From assembly GCA_951406725.2 (NCBI GenBank), contig OX597820.1, forward strand, positions 74,400,001 through 74,464,000: DNA of 64,000 nt, written 5' to 3'. The position numbers and the translations under genes were made by a program. The notes under the pieces were generated by a model. That model worked only from the letters and a program-made list of their open reading frames with translations, ran no database searches and was not told the origin of the DNA. The stretch is from Octopus vulgaris (Eukaryota). This document shows positions 14,472-27,460 of this stretch, piece after piece. Each line of letters starts with the position of its first letter. Within the stretch, counting starts at the first letter, position 1.

Positions 14472-14675
14472 TCTCTTTTTACTCTTTTACTTGTTTCAGT
14501 CATTTGACTGCCGCCATGTTGGAGCACCGCCTTTAGTCGAGCAAATCGACCCCAGGACTTATTCTTTGTAAGCCTAGTACTTATTCTATCGGTCTCTTGG
14601 CCGAACCGCTAAGTTACGGGGACGTAGACACACCAGCATCGGTTGTCAAGCGATGTTGGTGGTGGCGGACACACA

Positions 14676-14748
<73 letters not shown>

Positions 14749-14948
14749 AAACACACACACATATATATATATACATATACATATATACGACGGGCTTCTT
14801 TCAGTTTCCGTCTACCAAATCCTCTCACAAGGCTTTGGCCGGCCCTTGGCAATAGTAGAAGACACTTGCCCTAGGTGTCACGCCGTGGGACTGAACCCGG
14901 AGCCATATGGTTGGTAAGCAAGCTACTTAGCGCATAGCCACTCCTGCG
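14472..14948 (-). mobile_element. SINE family B (tRNA head, CORE-like segment, internal (TA)/(TG) microsatellite; resembles octopus OR-type SINEs)
   Basis: Reverse complement of the GCAGGAGTGGCT...GGTTCAGTCCC...GGATTTGGTAGACGGAAACTGAAAGAAGCCCGTCG...GGCCGCAGTCAAATGACTGAAACAAGTAAAAGAG family layout. Confidence 0.9.
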
Positions 14949-15062
14949 TTCTCAACCATTTTTTAAAACTTTGGACGCTTTTGATTCCTGTTTTACACTT
15001 CTGGACCTCTATAATCATTCGATGTATATAAAAAATTTCCAACAGTGATTTTATAATTAAAT

Positions 15063-15370
15063 ATAGGCACGGGAGCAGCTGTGTGATAAGAAGCTTGCTT
15101 CTCAAGCACATGGTTCTGGGTTCATTTCAACTGTGTAATACCTTGTGCATATGTCTTTTAATATAGCTTCGAGCCGACCAAAGCCTTGGAACTGGATTTG
15201 GTAGGCGGAAACTGAAAGAAGCTCGTTTTATGTATGTCTGTTTTTGTCCCCCCACCAACCCACCGTCGCTTGACAAACGATGTTGGTGTGTTTAAGTCCC
15301 TGCATCTTAGCGGTTCGGCAAGAGACCGATAGAATAAGTACTAGGTTTACAAAGAATAAGTCTTAGGGTC

Positions 15371-15401
<31 letters not shown>

Positions 15402-15625
15402 TGTGTATCTCTTTGTGTGTGCGTGTTTGTCTCCACCACCATCGCTAGACAACCGATGCTGGTGTGTTTACGTCCCCGTATATTAGCGACTCGGTAAAAG
15501 CGACCGATAGAATAAGTACTAGTCCTAGAAAGAATAAGTTCTAGGATTGATTTGCCCGACTAAAAGCGGTGCTCAAGTATGGCCGCAGTCAAATGACTGA
15601 AGCAAGTAACGGTATAAAAGAATAA
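15063..15625 (+). mobile_element. Two partial SINE family B copies
   Basis: 5' copy at 15063-15370 and a 3' half at about 15400-15625. Confidence 0.8.
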
Positions 15626-15830
15626 AACAAATGTATGTATATATACATATAAGCATATATGTATGCATATATGTGTATATATATGTATGTATGTAATTAT
15701 GGCGGGTTTATCTCAGGGTCGGGCACGCGAAACCACCCCCATTCATTTTGTTTGTCCGGAGGCTATTGATAGAAGGCATATGAATGTATATATACATACA
15801 TACATACATACATAAATGTATATGTGTGTG

Positions 15831-15870
<40 letters not shown>

Positions 15871-15876
<6 letters not shown>

Positions 15877-17716
15877 CCTGTATCTCCTTTTTTTGCTTGT
15901 CTTGTTCCTTGGTTTGTGTCTATGTTTTTCGTCTCTCTATGTGTTCGACGTCCTTTTGGTGTCCTGTACACATATATGCGTGTATATGTACATGTAGAGG
16001 TAGGTACGTACATACATGTTTATATATATGCATATATTTTATTAACATATTATACGACTAAACGCACGCACCCTATTAAGTAAGATTGTTCTGTTTATCA
16101 AGTTCGCCTTGATATTAACTCTCACGCGACTCTGCATCTTTCTTTCTTTCTCTCCCATTCCCTTTTTCGTCCTTTTTCCCTCACTTAACTTGTCTCTTCC
16201 TCTCTCTCTCCCCCTCACTGTTCTTCATGGTCTCCTCGCACCATTCCCCTTCTTCTCTCTCTTCCTCTTGCTCCTCCTCCCCCATTCCCGTCGTCCATCT
16301 GCGACGTACTTCCGTCGTAACTGCTATCCCGCCTTTCCTCACCTGCCTTCTAAGGCCACTGGTCGACATCTTCCTCTCTCGTCGTCCACTATAATCCAGC
16401 GTTTGCAATACTTTTTTCGTCTGGCGTTAACAGCCCTTCTTATCTTGTTCTCCTTGTCCTGTCTCTCACTGTTATATATTTATTTTTCCACTGTTTATAT
16501 ATATATTTTTTACTGTTTATATGTTTGTACTGTCGTTACCGTCTTGCTTTTTTTTTTTTACCCCTCCGCGACAAGATCTCAGAATTTTAATTGATTTGCT
16601 TTTCGCGGGAAGGAATTTTTCATTCGAAGTATACGTCTCGCTTTTATCCTTCGAAACGTTTAGTAGATGAAACTTTAGCGACTGAAGAAGGGGATTTTTC
16701 GTTGTGCTTATTGTCCTGTATCTCCTTTTTTTGCTTGTCTTGTTCCTTGGTTTGTGTCTATGTTTTTCGTCTCTCTATGTGTTCGACGTCCTTTTGGTGT
16801 CCTGTACACATATATGCGTGTATATGTACATGTAGAGGTAGGTACGTACATACATGTTTATATATATGCATATATTTTATTAACATATTATACGACTAAA
16901 CGCACGCACCCTATTAAGTAAGATTGTTCTGTTTATCAAGTTCGCCTTGATATTAACTCTCACGCGACTCTGCATCTTTCTTTCTTTCTCTCCCATTCCC
17001 TTTTTCGTCCTTTTTCCCTCACTTAACTTGTCTCTTCCTCTCTCTCTCCCCCTCACTGTTCTTCATGGTCTCCTCGCACCATTCCCCTTCTTCTCTCTCT
17101 TCCTCTTGCTCCTCCTCCCCCATTCCCGTCGTCCATCTGCGACGTACTTCCGTCGTAACTGCTATCCCGCCTTTCCTCACCTGCCTTCTAAGGCCACTGG
17201 TCGACATCTTCCTCTCTCGTCGTCCACTATAATCCAGCGTTTGCAATACTTTTTTCGTCTGGCGTTAACAGCCCTTCTTATCTTGTTCTCCTTGTCCTGT
17301 CTCTCACTGTTATATATTTATTTTTCCACTGTTTATATATATATTTTTTACTGTTTATATGTTTGTACTGTCGTTACCGTCTTGCTTTTTTTTTTCCCCT
17401 CCGCGACAAGATCTCAGAATTTTAATTGATTTGCTTTTCGCGGGAAGGAATTTTTCATTCGAAGTATACGTCTCGCTTTTATCCTTCGAAACGTTTAGTA
17501 GATGAAACTTTAGCGACTGAAGAAGGGGATTTTTCGTTGTGCTTATTGTCCTGTATCTCCTTTTTTTGCTTGTCTTGTTCCTTGGTTTGTGTCTATGTTT
17601 TTCGTCTCTCTATGTGTTCGACGTCCTTTTGGTGTCCTGTACACATATATGCGTGTATATGTACATGTAGAGGTAGGTACGTACATACATGTTTATATAT
17701 ATGCATATATTTTATT

Positions 17717-17722
<6 letters not shown>
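15871..17722 (+). repeat. About 2.2 near-identical tandem units of 835-838 bp (Penelope pLTR-like or retrozyme-like), flanked by (TA)n
   Basis: Unit starts TATTGTCCTGTATCTCC at 15871, 16709 and 17544; visible differences are mainly in a poly-T run. Confidence 0.92.
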
Positions 17723-17755
<33 letters not shown>

Positions 17756-18032
17756 TCATACATATATGTATGTACATATACATATGTGCGTATGTATGTA
17801 TACCCATATACACGCTGTATGTATGTTTTTAGTATACAGTAAAAGAACGGAATTTCAGCAGCTGAGAAAATTTCATTAGTTTACTGTATAAATACACAAT
17901 AATTAATTTTAAAGACTCTCACGAGCAGAGTGCTTTTACTTAGTGAGTTATCGACAAATTAACAAACATCTGTGTATATGTGTATAGATATGTACATGTG
18001 TGTATATGTATGTGTATATAAATATATGTATT

Positions 18033-18125
<93 letters not shown>

Positions 18126-18154
18126 AGAATCATGTATAAATAAACATTTATAAA

Positions 18155-18193
<39 letters not shown>

Positions 18194-18335
18194 CATATAT
18201 ATTTATATATATATAATGATGTTATATGGAGTCCATTAATGGAATTTTGACTGTTACTAAAATCTCATTAATTGAATACTTTACTTTTCCTGTCTGAATT
18301 TTCCTTAAAACAATAGTTTACATACTTACCTAGAT

Positions 18336-18376
<41 letters not shown>

Positions 18377-18883
18377 TCACCTCTTTCTCTATACCTTTTT
18401 TATGCATATGCACACACACACAAACATATAACATATATACATACATATATATTATATAATATGTATATTAAATTCATATTACATATAGATGATCCAATTT
18501 AAAACCGAAAATTACAACACTACACTTAGTCTTGAAAATCTGTAACCAAATCTTAATGAAGAGCCTGAATCTGGTTTACTAACTTGGCCATAACTACCTT
18601 GTTTTGTTTCTTTTGTAAGTGTCAAATTGACTCATTCTGGTGGCGATGATGTAGGTAGTTGCTGTGCTGATGACGTTTATGGTGGGGGAAACACAAGCGC
18701 TGTTTGCTTTCCAGCTCTTTTTGTCAATGGCACGTCCCTTGTGAAGAATTTCTGATTCTGGAGATCCTCCTTGCAAGCACATGACATATAATTTCTAGAA
18801 CCGAGTATAATGTCAATATATTATGAATTCATACTGTATTCAATATGCGTGTATACACATACATACATAAGTACATATATCTA

Positions 18884-18958
<75 letters not shown>

Positions 18959-18989
18959 ATATATATATATATACATACATATATACACT

Positions 18990-19032
<43 letters not shown>

Positions 19033-19064
19033 GTGTGTGTGTATGTGTATATATACATATATAT

Positions 19065-19240
19065 AGGGAGAATTTACGAAAAAAGCAAAAGACGAAGACA
19101 GATGGTGTACGAAACAAACAGATGTATTAGTATAACGCTTAGGAATAGAAAAACTCTGTTACGTTTCGAGCCTACGCTCTTCTACAGAAAGGGACACGGA
19201 AAAAAAACAAGGAGAGTAAAAATTGTGTGCAGTGGCTAGA
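19065..19240 (-). mobile_element. Penelope-like pLTR 3' fragment with compact hammerhead variant (19157-19190)
   Basis: Minus strand reads TTT-CTGTAGA-A-GAGC-GTAG-GCTC-GAAA-CGTA; same family as 39570-39750. Confidence 0.65.
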
Positions 19241-19473
19241 GAGAGAGAGAGAGAGAAAGTGATATATACAAACACATAACATAAGGACATGCTTATTTTT
19301 GCCTCCCAAACTACTACTGCGTTTAAAATCAGATACAGTGGACGACAAGGGAATAAATAATTTGAACACCTAGAACATATGAGACCAAATCAAACCATAC
19401 CCTAATGGTTGCAAGGTATGCTACCTACAGAACATGGATAAGTATTTTTTTTTAAATATTAGAACTTCAAATA

Positions 19474-19865
19474 AGGCGTTGTGCTGGCAGAATCGTTAGC
19501 ACGCCGGACGAAATGCTTAGCGGTATTTCGTCTGCCGTTACGTTCTGAGTTCAAATTCCGCCGAGGTCGACTTTGCCATTCGTCCTTTCGGGGTCGATTA
19601 AATAAGTACCAGATACGCACTGTGGTCGATGTAATCGATTTAATCCGTATGTCTCTCCTTGTTTATCCCCTCTGTGTTTAGCCCCTTGCGGGTAGTAAAG
19701 AAATAGGTATTTCGTCTGTCTTTACGTTTGAGTTGAAATTCCACCGAGGTCGGTTTTGCCTTTCATCCATTCGGGGTCAATAAATTAGGTACCGTTTGCG
19801 TACTGGGATCGACCAAATCGATTTGTCCCTCCCGCAAACTTGTTGGTCGTGTGTTAAAATTTGAA
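19474..19865 (+). mobile_element. SINE family A, dimeric
   Basis: Head plus two body monomers joined at GAAATAG|GTATTTCGTC. Confidence 0.88.
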
Positions 19866-20717
19866 GCCTGTACTATGACCTTAAATGCTTCAGTGAATAA
19901 TATGTTTGTCATTTTCACAAAACGGAACACGCATCATCGAAGTTTTAACTAATTTCACAGGTACGATAAAGCACAATTAAGTGCGTTAAATACTACAGGG
20001 CTTTTACCTGTTAACATTAAGCTCGCAGCATACCACTTCCATATTTCTTATATTTTTGTAACATATCTTGCCATCCACATGATTCCAACCATGCTGAAAT
20101 TAATATGAAGCGCAGCATATACCGTGAATGAAACGCGAGGTTGAAAAATCCTAGCATGCTATTGATAACTTTCAATGTACGTGCCCAAACGAAAATTAGA
20201 AATTGGCTTACACAAGAAAAGATGATTGAAATAGGGTACACGTATGTATGTATGTATGCATGTATGTATGTATGTATGTATGTATGTATGTATGTATGTA
20301 TGTATGTATGTATGTATGAATGTTTGTATGAATGTATGTATGTATGTATGTATGCATGTATGTATGTATGTATGTATGTATGTATGTATGTATATATGTA
20401 TGCATGAATGTATGTAATAGATATTTCTTAAAATATGAATGCCTGATTTTCCTAACTTAAAACCTACTGGACATATGCATGCATGCATTCATACATACAT
20501 ATACACAAGCATACACACACGTACACATACACACACATGTATAGATAAAGAGAGAGAGAGAGGCACGTGGTTGTGTGGATAGAAGTCTGCTCCCCAACCA
20601 CATGATTCCAGGTTCATTCCTACTGCGTGACACTTGGTGAGATGTTTTCTACAAAAGCCTCGGGCCAGCCAAAGACATATGAGTAGTTTTGGCACGCAGA
20701 AACTCAAAGAAGCACAT

Positions 20718-20754
<37 letters not shown>

Positions 20755-20784
20755 ATGTCTATCGATCTGTCTATCCATCCATCC

Positions 20785-20858
<74 letters not shown>

Positions 20859-20873
20859 ATATCTATCTATATA

Positions 20874-20926
<53 letters not shown>

Positions 20927-21057
20927 CGTTGTAATTAACCTTTCCTCAGTGACAAGGTTAATCATGAGAACCAAATGCTGTGTAAAGATTATTCTGTGAC
21001 TGGATTTTCCTTAGACAATACAAGCTGAGCTGTCTTTGCTTCTTTTGTTTACAAATG

Positions 21058-21099
<42 letters not shown>

Positions 21100-21389
21100 C
21101 ACACAATATGTATATATATATATACATATTGGAAACAAAGGTGTATTGATCTGAATAGGTGATTGTCGTTACTGATCCAAAGGATTACTGTCAACGATAA
21201 TCTGGTGCTTATTATTATTGTTGTATCCGTGTAGTTGAATCGTGTCCAAATGTTATGCTCTGTCAAAAAAAGAAAAAAGAAAAAAATTCTGATCGACATT
21301 TTAATATATTGATATCAAATGTCAATGTCGTGTGTAATAGAAACTAGTTGCTATGGCCTATAACCCGTAAACAGTGACAGAAATAAGCA

Positions 21390-21477
<88 letters not shown>

Positions 21478-21491
21478 CATAGATATATATG

Positions 21492-21526
<35 letters not shown>

Positions 21527-21533
21527 GTATATG

Positions 21534-21592
<59 letters not shown>

Positions 21593-22070
21593 GTATATAT
21601 GTGTGCGTGTGTCTGCATGCATATGTGTGTGTATGCGTTTGTCTGTCTGTGTGTGTGTGTGTGTGTGTTTTTATGCGTGTGTTGACTGACCGTTATTGAA
21701 ATCGTGGCCTTTTGGGTTATACACGAATCGTTATTTCTCTGCATGCATTGCTATGTATTTTCTGAAACTTATAGACGTGTTGCTATTATTGTTTTTGTTG
21801 TTGTTGTTGTTGTTTTTGTATCGCCCCTGGCTGGCTCGAATCGACTAGATGTTTAAGTGAAGGCCATGCGGCCGTGTGTTTATTTTTTCCATTCATAGTT
21901 GTTTAGAGTATGCTTCTTTCTTATATAAGTATAGCTTAAAAAAAATAATTTTAAAATAACCCAGAAGATCCTTAATCCCATGAGACTTCGTTGCTATATT
22001 CTTAGAAGGAATTTAGTCTTTACTTGTGAAAAATGAAAGAATTTTTTGTTTAACAAAATTAATTTCTTTC

Positions 22071-22535
22071 AGTTCTATATTTAAGAGATGAGGAATTATG
22101 TACATTATTTACATTATTTACATTTGACAGATATGTGTCCTCATCTTGTTTGTTTTTAACACAACGTTTCAGCTGATATACCCTCTAGCCTTTATCAGGT
22201 GTATTGGGGAAATGTCTAACCTGGGTTCTCATTCCTAAGGTATTTTTCAATGTTATCAATGATATTAATACGCTAACTTTTTGTTTTTGTACGAACCTCC
22301 TCTCTCTCTTACTTTGCCGCTTGTTTGAAGTGTGACACTCACCACAGGTACGTACAAAAACAAAAAGCTAGCGTATTAATATTATTGATAACATCGAAAA
22401 ATACCTTAGGAATGAGAACCCAGGTTCGAAATTTCCCCAAGACACCTGATGAAGGCTGGAGGATATATCAGCCGAAACGTTGTGTTAACAACAAACAAGA
22501 TGATGACAAATATCCATCAAATGTAAATAATGTTA
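22071..22535. mobile_element. Inverted (head-to-head) pair of Penelope pLTR fragments
   Basis: About 22110-22298 is complementary to 22346-22532 with a 47-nt spacer; same family as 30827-30975 and 48010-48180. Confidence 0.88.
22441..22486 (+). ncRNA. Type I hammerhead ribozyme (Penelope-type minimal)
   Basis: Stem I GACAC/GTGTT; core CTGATGA plus extra A; stem II GGCTG/CAGCC; GAAA; palindromic AACGTT in place of stem III; predicted cut after GUU at 22481. Confidence 0.8.
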
Positions 22536-22558
22536 ATTCTTTCATTGTTTATGTAAAG

Positions 22559-22596
<38 letters not shown>

Positions 22597-22951
22597 AAAA
22601 CAACTTAACATAAAAATGACTCAATAATTTTAGCAAAGTATATGTCTATTAAACTTTCACAAGGAAAATGGTGACTGTAACTTCGAAGTTTCTGTTTGCT
22701 TGCCTTCGTCTGATTCTATGACTGTTGATTGTTGTTGCTTATTATTCCTTTGTTTCGAAGATGAAACGAAAATTCACCGGTTCTTACATCTGTATTTGTT
22801 CTCATGTTGTGTCAATTCCTTTCAGAATAATTACCCATTATTCATATGTATGTCCAGTAAAAGGAGAATTGTGTTGTATGATAGCACATGGTAGCTGATT
22901 CCCGTGGAGAAGCTTTAAGGTTATTACTCAGATAATATCATATTATTATTA

Positions 22952-22989
<38 letters not shown>

Positions 22990-23036
22990 TTGAATTGAAG
23001 AAATGGAGCTGAACGCAGATTGAACAGAAATCGTTT

Positions 23037-23130
23037 TATTTCATTCTACACGTGTTTCGAAAGGCACAAATTACCAAAATCCGATGGAATAATGGGACCA
23101 TATTGTGTCTTTCTCTTCAGGAAGAAAATA
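23037..23130 (-). ncRNA. Type I hammerhead ribozyme (mirror copy)
   Basis: Exact reverse complement of 23752-23845. Confidence 0.85.
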
Positions 23131-23751
23131 GGAAATCCGTTGGAAAAACAAAAACAGAACAGAGGCGGAGCAAAAACAAATCGAACTATGCTCCTAAGAG
23201 CCCATGGCGAAACTGTTTATCAGTGTATGTTGAGAACCGGTGGCTGAAGAATTCAACGGGTCAGGCATCGGTCAATCATGTGGGTGAGGGGGCAGGGGCG
23301 TAGATGTTCTTTGTGACCGAGAATAAAGTTCTGACTATTTAAGGAATATTGGAATATTGGAATTTTTTTTGCCACCCAACGGTCATCACGGCAGTAGCCA
23401 CTGACAGCCGAACGATCAAACGCACACACGTACACAAAAAATGTTTTCTACCCCTACGCCAACACACACGTATATAGAACAGTATACACACACACACGTC
23501 TCTAAGTAGATTTTTTCTCGCCCCTTATAAAACATCCAATATTCCTTAAATAGTCAGAACTTTATTCTCGGTCACAAAGAACATCTACGCCCCCTCACCC
23601 ACATGATTGACCGATGCCTGACCCGTTGAATTCTTCAGCCACCGGTTCTCAACATACACTGATAAACAGTTTCGCCATGGGCTCTTAGGAGCATAGTTCG
23701 ATTTGTTTTTGCTCCGCCTCTGTTCTGTTTTTGTTTTTCCAACGGATTTCC

Positions 23752-23845
23752 TATTTTCTTCCTGAAGAGAAAGACACAATATGGTCCCATTATTCCATCG
23801 GATTTTGGTAATTTGTGCCTTTCGAAACACGTGTAGAATGAAATA
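23752..23845 (+). ncRNA. Canonical type I hammerhead ribozyme
   Basis: Stem I TATTTT.TTC/GAA.GAAATA; core CTGAAGA (23762-23768); stem II GAAAG.CACAA/TTGTG.CTTTC; GAAA; stem III AC-ACGT-GT (palindrome ACACGTGT); cut after GUA at 23835. Confidence 0.88.
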
Positions 23846-24052
23846 AAACGATTTCTGTTCAATCTGCGTTCAGCTCCATTTCTTCAATTCACCAATAATG
23901 TTCTAATTTCAATTATCCGCACCAACGCACGGTTGCAACACCATATGGTTGTACCTCCAACCGTGCTGTTTTACTGCTGTGATTTTTGCTACTAAGGTAT
24001 CGGTTAAACTTTTGATTAATCTACTACAAGATTATTCATCTTTCTATTTCAC

Positions 24053-24140
<88 letters not shown>

Positions 24141-26277
24141 GTATATATGCATACATGTGTGCATGTATGTATATATGTGTGTATGTGTGTGCGTAGGTAG
24201 GTGTGTTCACAGACAATATAATTTGTAATGTGGCTTAGAAAAGGCAAAGCTTTTGGAATACGGAACAAATATTTCAATCATGCAAATCAAGTCTGTTAAA
24301 ACCACAGACTTATTTGCAACTTTTATTCCCTGACACAATTTATCGCGAACTTGAACTTCTAGAAGTCATGCAGGCGAGGGAGTCCCATAATTTTTCTTCC
24401 GTATTTTGAAAGCAACCCAATAGAATTTGAGCAATTTTGACATGAAGCTATATTTCTTTTTAACTAATTAACGCCCTGTATCATTTAAACATATGTAAAG
24501 AGCAGAGTTGAGCGGTGAATATATTTACAGGCTAATATCTCGGTGGCCATTAAGAATATTTATGGCTGGGTTTAAACAGAGTTACGTTAATATAGTTAAC
24601 GAAACCATTTATACTGAAATTTTAATTACTATAAATTAAATTGTTAAAGCACTTTACTCAAAACGTATTTTGAATTGAGGGAACCAGAATGTGCTAATGA
24701 TTTCACTTGTAATTTTGTTCTTCTTGCAGTTCCTTTTTCTCTTTTGATCTCTTAGGAAATATCAAATATATTCTCACCTCGACTACCCTGTGTATTATTC
24801 TGACGTAGTGTATTAGTTGAACTATATGGTGTGATATTCTTTTCTTTTCTAACTACACAGTGTGAGATTCATTCTGTGTGTGAGGGTGATCTATCTGTTA
24901 TTTTCTGCTAATTGATTGATCGAACATTGGTCTGTTTATCGGCCCGTCACTGATTTGATGAGAGTTATTACGCAGCAGAGCTAAATGCGTTTAAAATTAC
25001 CACAATAACAAGTTGCATTAATGTAATACATTAGCTTTTACTTATTTCAGTCATTGGACTGCGGGCAATATCAGGGACCACGTTGAAGGGTTTTAGTAAA
25101 ATAAAATCGGCCCCGGTCATTTCCTTTAAAGCCCAGTGCTTATACAACCGGATTTCTTTTGCCGAGTAGCTAAGTTGCAAGTTAACAGACCAGCACCAAC
25201 TGTCAAGAAGCGGAGGGTGGGCAAACAAAGACACACACACATACACACACATAGAGGCCGCAAAGCGAGTATCCTAACCACACACTTACGTCTGTGCCTC
25301 TCAACGAGAATTACGATAAAAATTTTGCAACAACAATAGATTTGGTAGCAAATAAAACTTGACTAAGTTTAATTAAGCATAAAATTGTCAACAGAATAAA
25401 ATTACCAATCAACGCCAAAATAAGAAAAAGAAAAAAAGATTAAAATATATTAAAAACAAGAAAATAACCAGGATTTATTTTCTTGCCTCTTTCTTCTACA
25501 TGTTCATCCGGTAGACACTGAAATATATATATTATTGTGTGTGTAAAGCTAATAATATTTGTCAGGCACTAGAGACTGCACTATCGTACCAACTAATCGG
25601 TAAAATGGTGAGAGTGAGTGGTGTGTGGATTCTATAAGCGAATGAGGAGCAATGTTTGTAAAAGAAAGCTATTAAGATTGATTTTGTCTTCATCATGCTC
25701 AACAGAACCAATGACAAACAGCACCAACTACACTTGATTACAAAATGGAATATATATATATATATATGTATGTATGTATGAATGTATATATGCGTGTGTA
25801 GGTGTGTGAGTGTGTGTGAGTGTGTGTACGTGTGTAATTTTGTTTGGCAGTCCCTAAGGATGTATCTAAGGATGTCATTGGTTGTAACTCCGTTGACAAG
25901 AAGAAAAATATAGGGTATACAAAATATACAAAACAAATGAAAGTAACTACGTAAAAGGGACAAATAAAACAAACACAATAACCTGGTATTTATTTATTAT
26001 TTATTTTAAAACGTGAATCAAACCGTTACTAGAAAGCGGGTAGCTACGACCAGTTTAGAGGTCTTTGTCGTTGCTGAATAAATCTTGCTGTGCAAATATA
26101 ATCCTTTCACATTATTCATTTCAAGAGAAGAATTTTATCAGGGTGATTCTGGAAGGTCAGTTACCAATGTACAGAATATCAACAAAAGCAATACCTCTTA
26201 ATTTATTTTGCTTCTATTCTTCTATCGCTTTCTCTGTTTGATATTTTTTCTTCCTCTTCTTCCGTTTGTTTAAAAAG

Positions 26278-26392
<115 letters not shown>

Positions 26393-27337
26393 TTATTTGT
26401 CTGTCTGTCTAGTTATGTACTCGTGATTTGTTCAGATATCAACTCCATGCCTGAATATAATTTTCTCCAGAAAAACTCTTCGCTATATTTATCATTCGTC
26501 TATCTAGCATACATTTCATATATGCTCTCCCAACATAGAATACGCGTGCGTATTCTAATAGATGTTTGTTGTTCAAATTCATCTCACTAAACGAATGCGC
26601 TGCTAGGCACTTACACGCATTCAAAGTCTGTTCGGATTCACTAATAAAATTTCTGCTCGTTATGAGAGTTTAGTTTTCTTTCAGAAACCATTGGTTATTT
26701 AATTTCTTCGTTAAGAGAACAGTTCATATATGGACGACATTCCTCTCTATATGCGTTACTTAAAACTATTCACTTACATTTTACACAGAAAATTGCAAGG
26801 TAAGTTATAATATAAATTTCATAAACGAGAAAAGTGCTAGCTTAGTAAATTTCCATATTAGAAAATGAAGTAAATAAGGAAATATTAGTTTTCTCCTTTG
26901 AGAATGCAACACAAATTGGCATAATAACCTTAAATAGTTAAAACTACTTTTACGCATATTAGAATTTGTTTTTACACATAAAGAGAACATAGCGATTTAT
27001 GCTCTATAAAAGTTTATATCATTATTAGATACATTTAATTTGTGTTAATGCTGTCGGCGTCTTGTCAATGATTACGTTTAGAATGAACAGGTGCAATTCT
27101 GTTTAATACCGTCTGGCTGTTGGACTTAATCATTCATTCAGCAATGTTTACAATGGACTTAATCAAACATTTCACAATGTTTACACTGACCACTTTATAC
27201 AGATTTAGGCTTAATCTGTCTTTGAGACAGTCTTACAATGCTTTTTGTGTATAAATTCATTACTAAAAATCATACACTAAAAGCTAAAAGGTTTACTAGG
27301 ATTTTTACGCAATTACTATGATGACACCGCTATTATT

Positions 27338-27344
<7 letters not shown>

Positions 27345-27425
<81 letters not shown>

Positions 27426-27460
27426 CATTATTATTATTATTATTATTACTATTATTATTC
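27345..27460. repeat. (ATT)n microsatellite
   Basis: Direct reading. Confidence 0.9.

Larger units (their letters stand above)
22991..24054. mobile_element. Penelope-like insertion with long inverted duplication, flanked on both sides by (TA)n
   Basis: Arms 22991-23353 and 23535-23891 appear identical apart from a 6-nt indel; 181-nt spacer; the right arm continues to 24054. Confidence 0.85.

Noticed and set aside
16646-16695. Standard type II hammerhead reading of GAAA...CTGAAGA
   Set aside because: No convincing stem I, and the stem II pairing is not reproducible in the related motifs; reported instead as an unexplained motif.
18323-18334. Minus-strand splice donor TAG|GTAAGTATG
   Set aside because: The upstream sequence is (TA)n, so there is no plausible exon.
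23020-23862. Identical 75-83 aa ORFs on opposite strands
   Set aside because: By-product of the inverted repeat; no protein motif, and they run antisense to the hammerheads.
27121-27185. 33-bp imperfect tandem duplication (also an 18-bp duplication at about 53947-53983)
   Set aside because: Ordinary slippage; not CRISPR-like (no spacers, eukaryotic context).
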